DNA from: Amoebidium appalachense
Taxonomy: Eukaryota; Protista; Ichthyosporea
Assembly (NCBI GenBank): GCA_963693365.1
Contig: CAVNZM010000014.1
Location: 5,704,001 to 5,768,000 of the forward strand
Reading direction: 5' to 3'
DNA: 64,000 nt
Both the position numbers and the translations under genes were made by a program. A model generated the notes under the pieces. That model saw nothing but the letters and a program-made list of their open reading frames with translations, had not been told where the DNA came from and did not search any database. Of the stretch, positions 63,059 through 64,000 are shown piece by piece. The stretch's first letter is position 1, and every line of letters begins with the position of its first letter.

Positions 63059-63277
63059 CTCATGCTCAAAGTACTTCGTGTCAAGAGGGCCGTCCAAACG
63101 TGGCACAAACGGTGGGCTCAATCGACTGTTATCGACGTCATCCCACGACAAAGACGCAAAAAACGGGTGTGATCTTGCCGATTGCGATGTAAATCTCCGG
63201 CTGGGGTCCTTGGTCAAAAGCCCCCTGATGAGGTGGTGAGCTTGTGGGTCCACGTAGCTGGGAATAGTCACGTGACT
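63059..63277 (-). CDS. AGC-family Ser/Thr protein kinase, exon encoding subdomain XI and the start of the C-terminal tail (gene continues beyond the window end)
   Basis: 219-nt phase 0-0 exon: SHVTIPSYVDPQAHHLIRGLLTKDPSRRF...HPFFASLSWDDV...PPFVPRLDGPLDTKYFEHE. HPFF..W, PPFxP and DTxYF are AGC-tail motifs. Candidate downstream exons near 62850-62917 and 62290-62352 could not be resolved unambiguously. Confidence 0.85.
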
Positions 63278-63653
63278 CTGTAGTTTCCGGGGGTTAGATG
63301 GTGTTAGTTTATTTTTTTATTGCATCACTTTGGGGTTGGATTATTCCCTCTAATTCGCTGCCCCTTTTTTGACAAACCCCCCTTCTCCCCCCCCTCCCCC
63401 CTCCCCCCTTCCCCTCTCCTTCCCCCCTCTCCTCTTGTTTTTTCTTTTTTTTTATTGCCATCTTCGAGAGGAGAAGGGGGAGAAGGGGGGAGGGGGTGGG
63501 GGTGGGGAACGTTCAAGAAATTCGAAATGCAAACAGTATTGCATTTTTTTCTCCTTTCTTACTCTCTTTCATTCTATTTTCCGCAGCGGGGGAAGCGGGG
63601 GGGGGGGGGGGAGGGGGGGGGATGGGGAGAGGGTTTGGGGTTGTTAGGCAAGT

Positions 63654-63750
<97 letters not shown>

Positions 63751-64000
63751 GTGTGGGTGTGCGTGGGCCGTGCACGCGCGCAGTGTGTGTGTGCGTGTGC
63801 ATGTACATGTGCATGTGCTTGTGTGCGTGCGTGCATGCCTGCGTGCGTGTGTGCGTGCGTGCACGTGCGCGCGCACGTGTCTTCCTTTCTTTCCGAGAGT
63901 CTTCTTTCCTTCTTTCCTTCTTTCTTTCTTGTTTTATCTTGTTTTATTTATTTTATTTTTTTTGGTGGGGGGGGCGGGAGGGGGGAGGGATGAGGGGGGG

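Overview
Intron-rich eukaryotic genomic DNA dominated by homopolymer and microsatellite tracts (poly-C/G, (CA)n/(TG)n, (GA)n). Almost every ORF in the six-frame track is a repeat artefact. Manual GT-AG exon chaining with phase checks recovers five genes. (1) A minus-strand hypothetical gene at about 2128-5508, plus P/T-rich exons at 1-1268. (2) A 23-exon, about 712-aa plus-strand receptor tyrosine kinase with a single C-type lectin ectodomain (9353-29379). (3) A plus-strand Siw14/OCA/PFA-DSP phosphatase (32004/33676-37784). (4) A minus-strand frataxin (49697-55469). (5) One exon from the 3' part of a minus-strand AGC kinase (63059-63277). An animal-type RTK beside a phosphatase family known mainly from plants, fungi and protists suggests a unicellular holozoan (inference). 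The most unusual signals are a strand- and position-specific intron pattern (C-runs just after 5' splice donors, (CA)n running straight into acceptor AGs), repeated tandem duplications straddling splice junctions, an array of 13 palindromic 15-bp motifs with unique spacers (41645-42720), an ORF-less LTR-like promoter module (46468-46982) and a diverged inverted repeat pair (about 58.2 and 61.5 kb). Gene models are manual, have no transcript support, and homopolymer lengths may be affected by long-read error.
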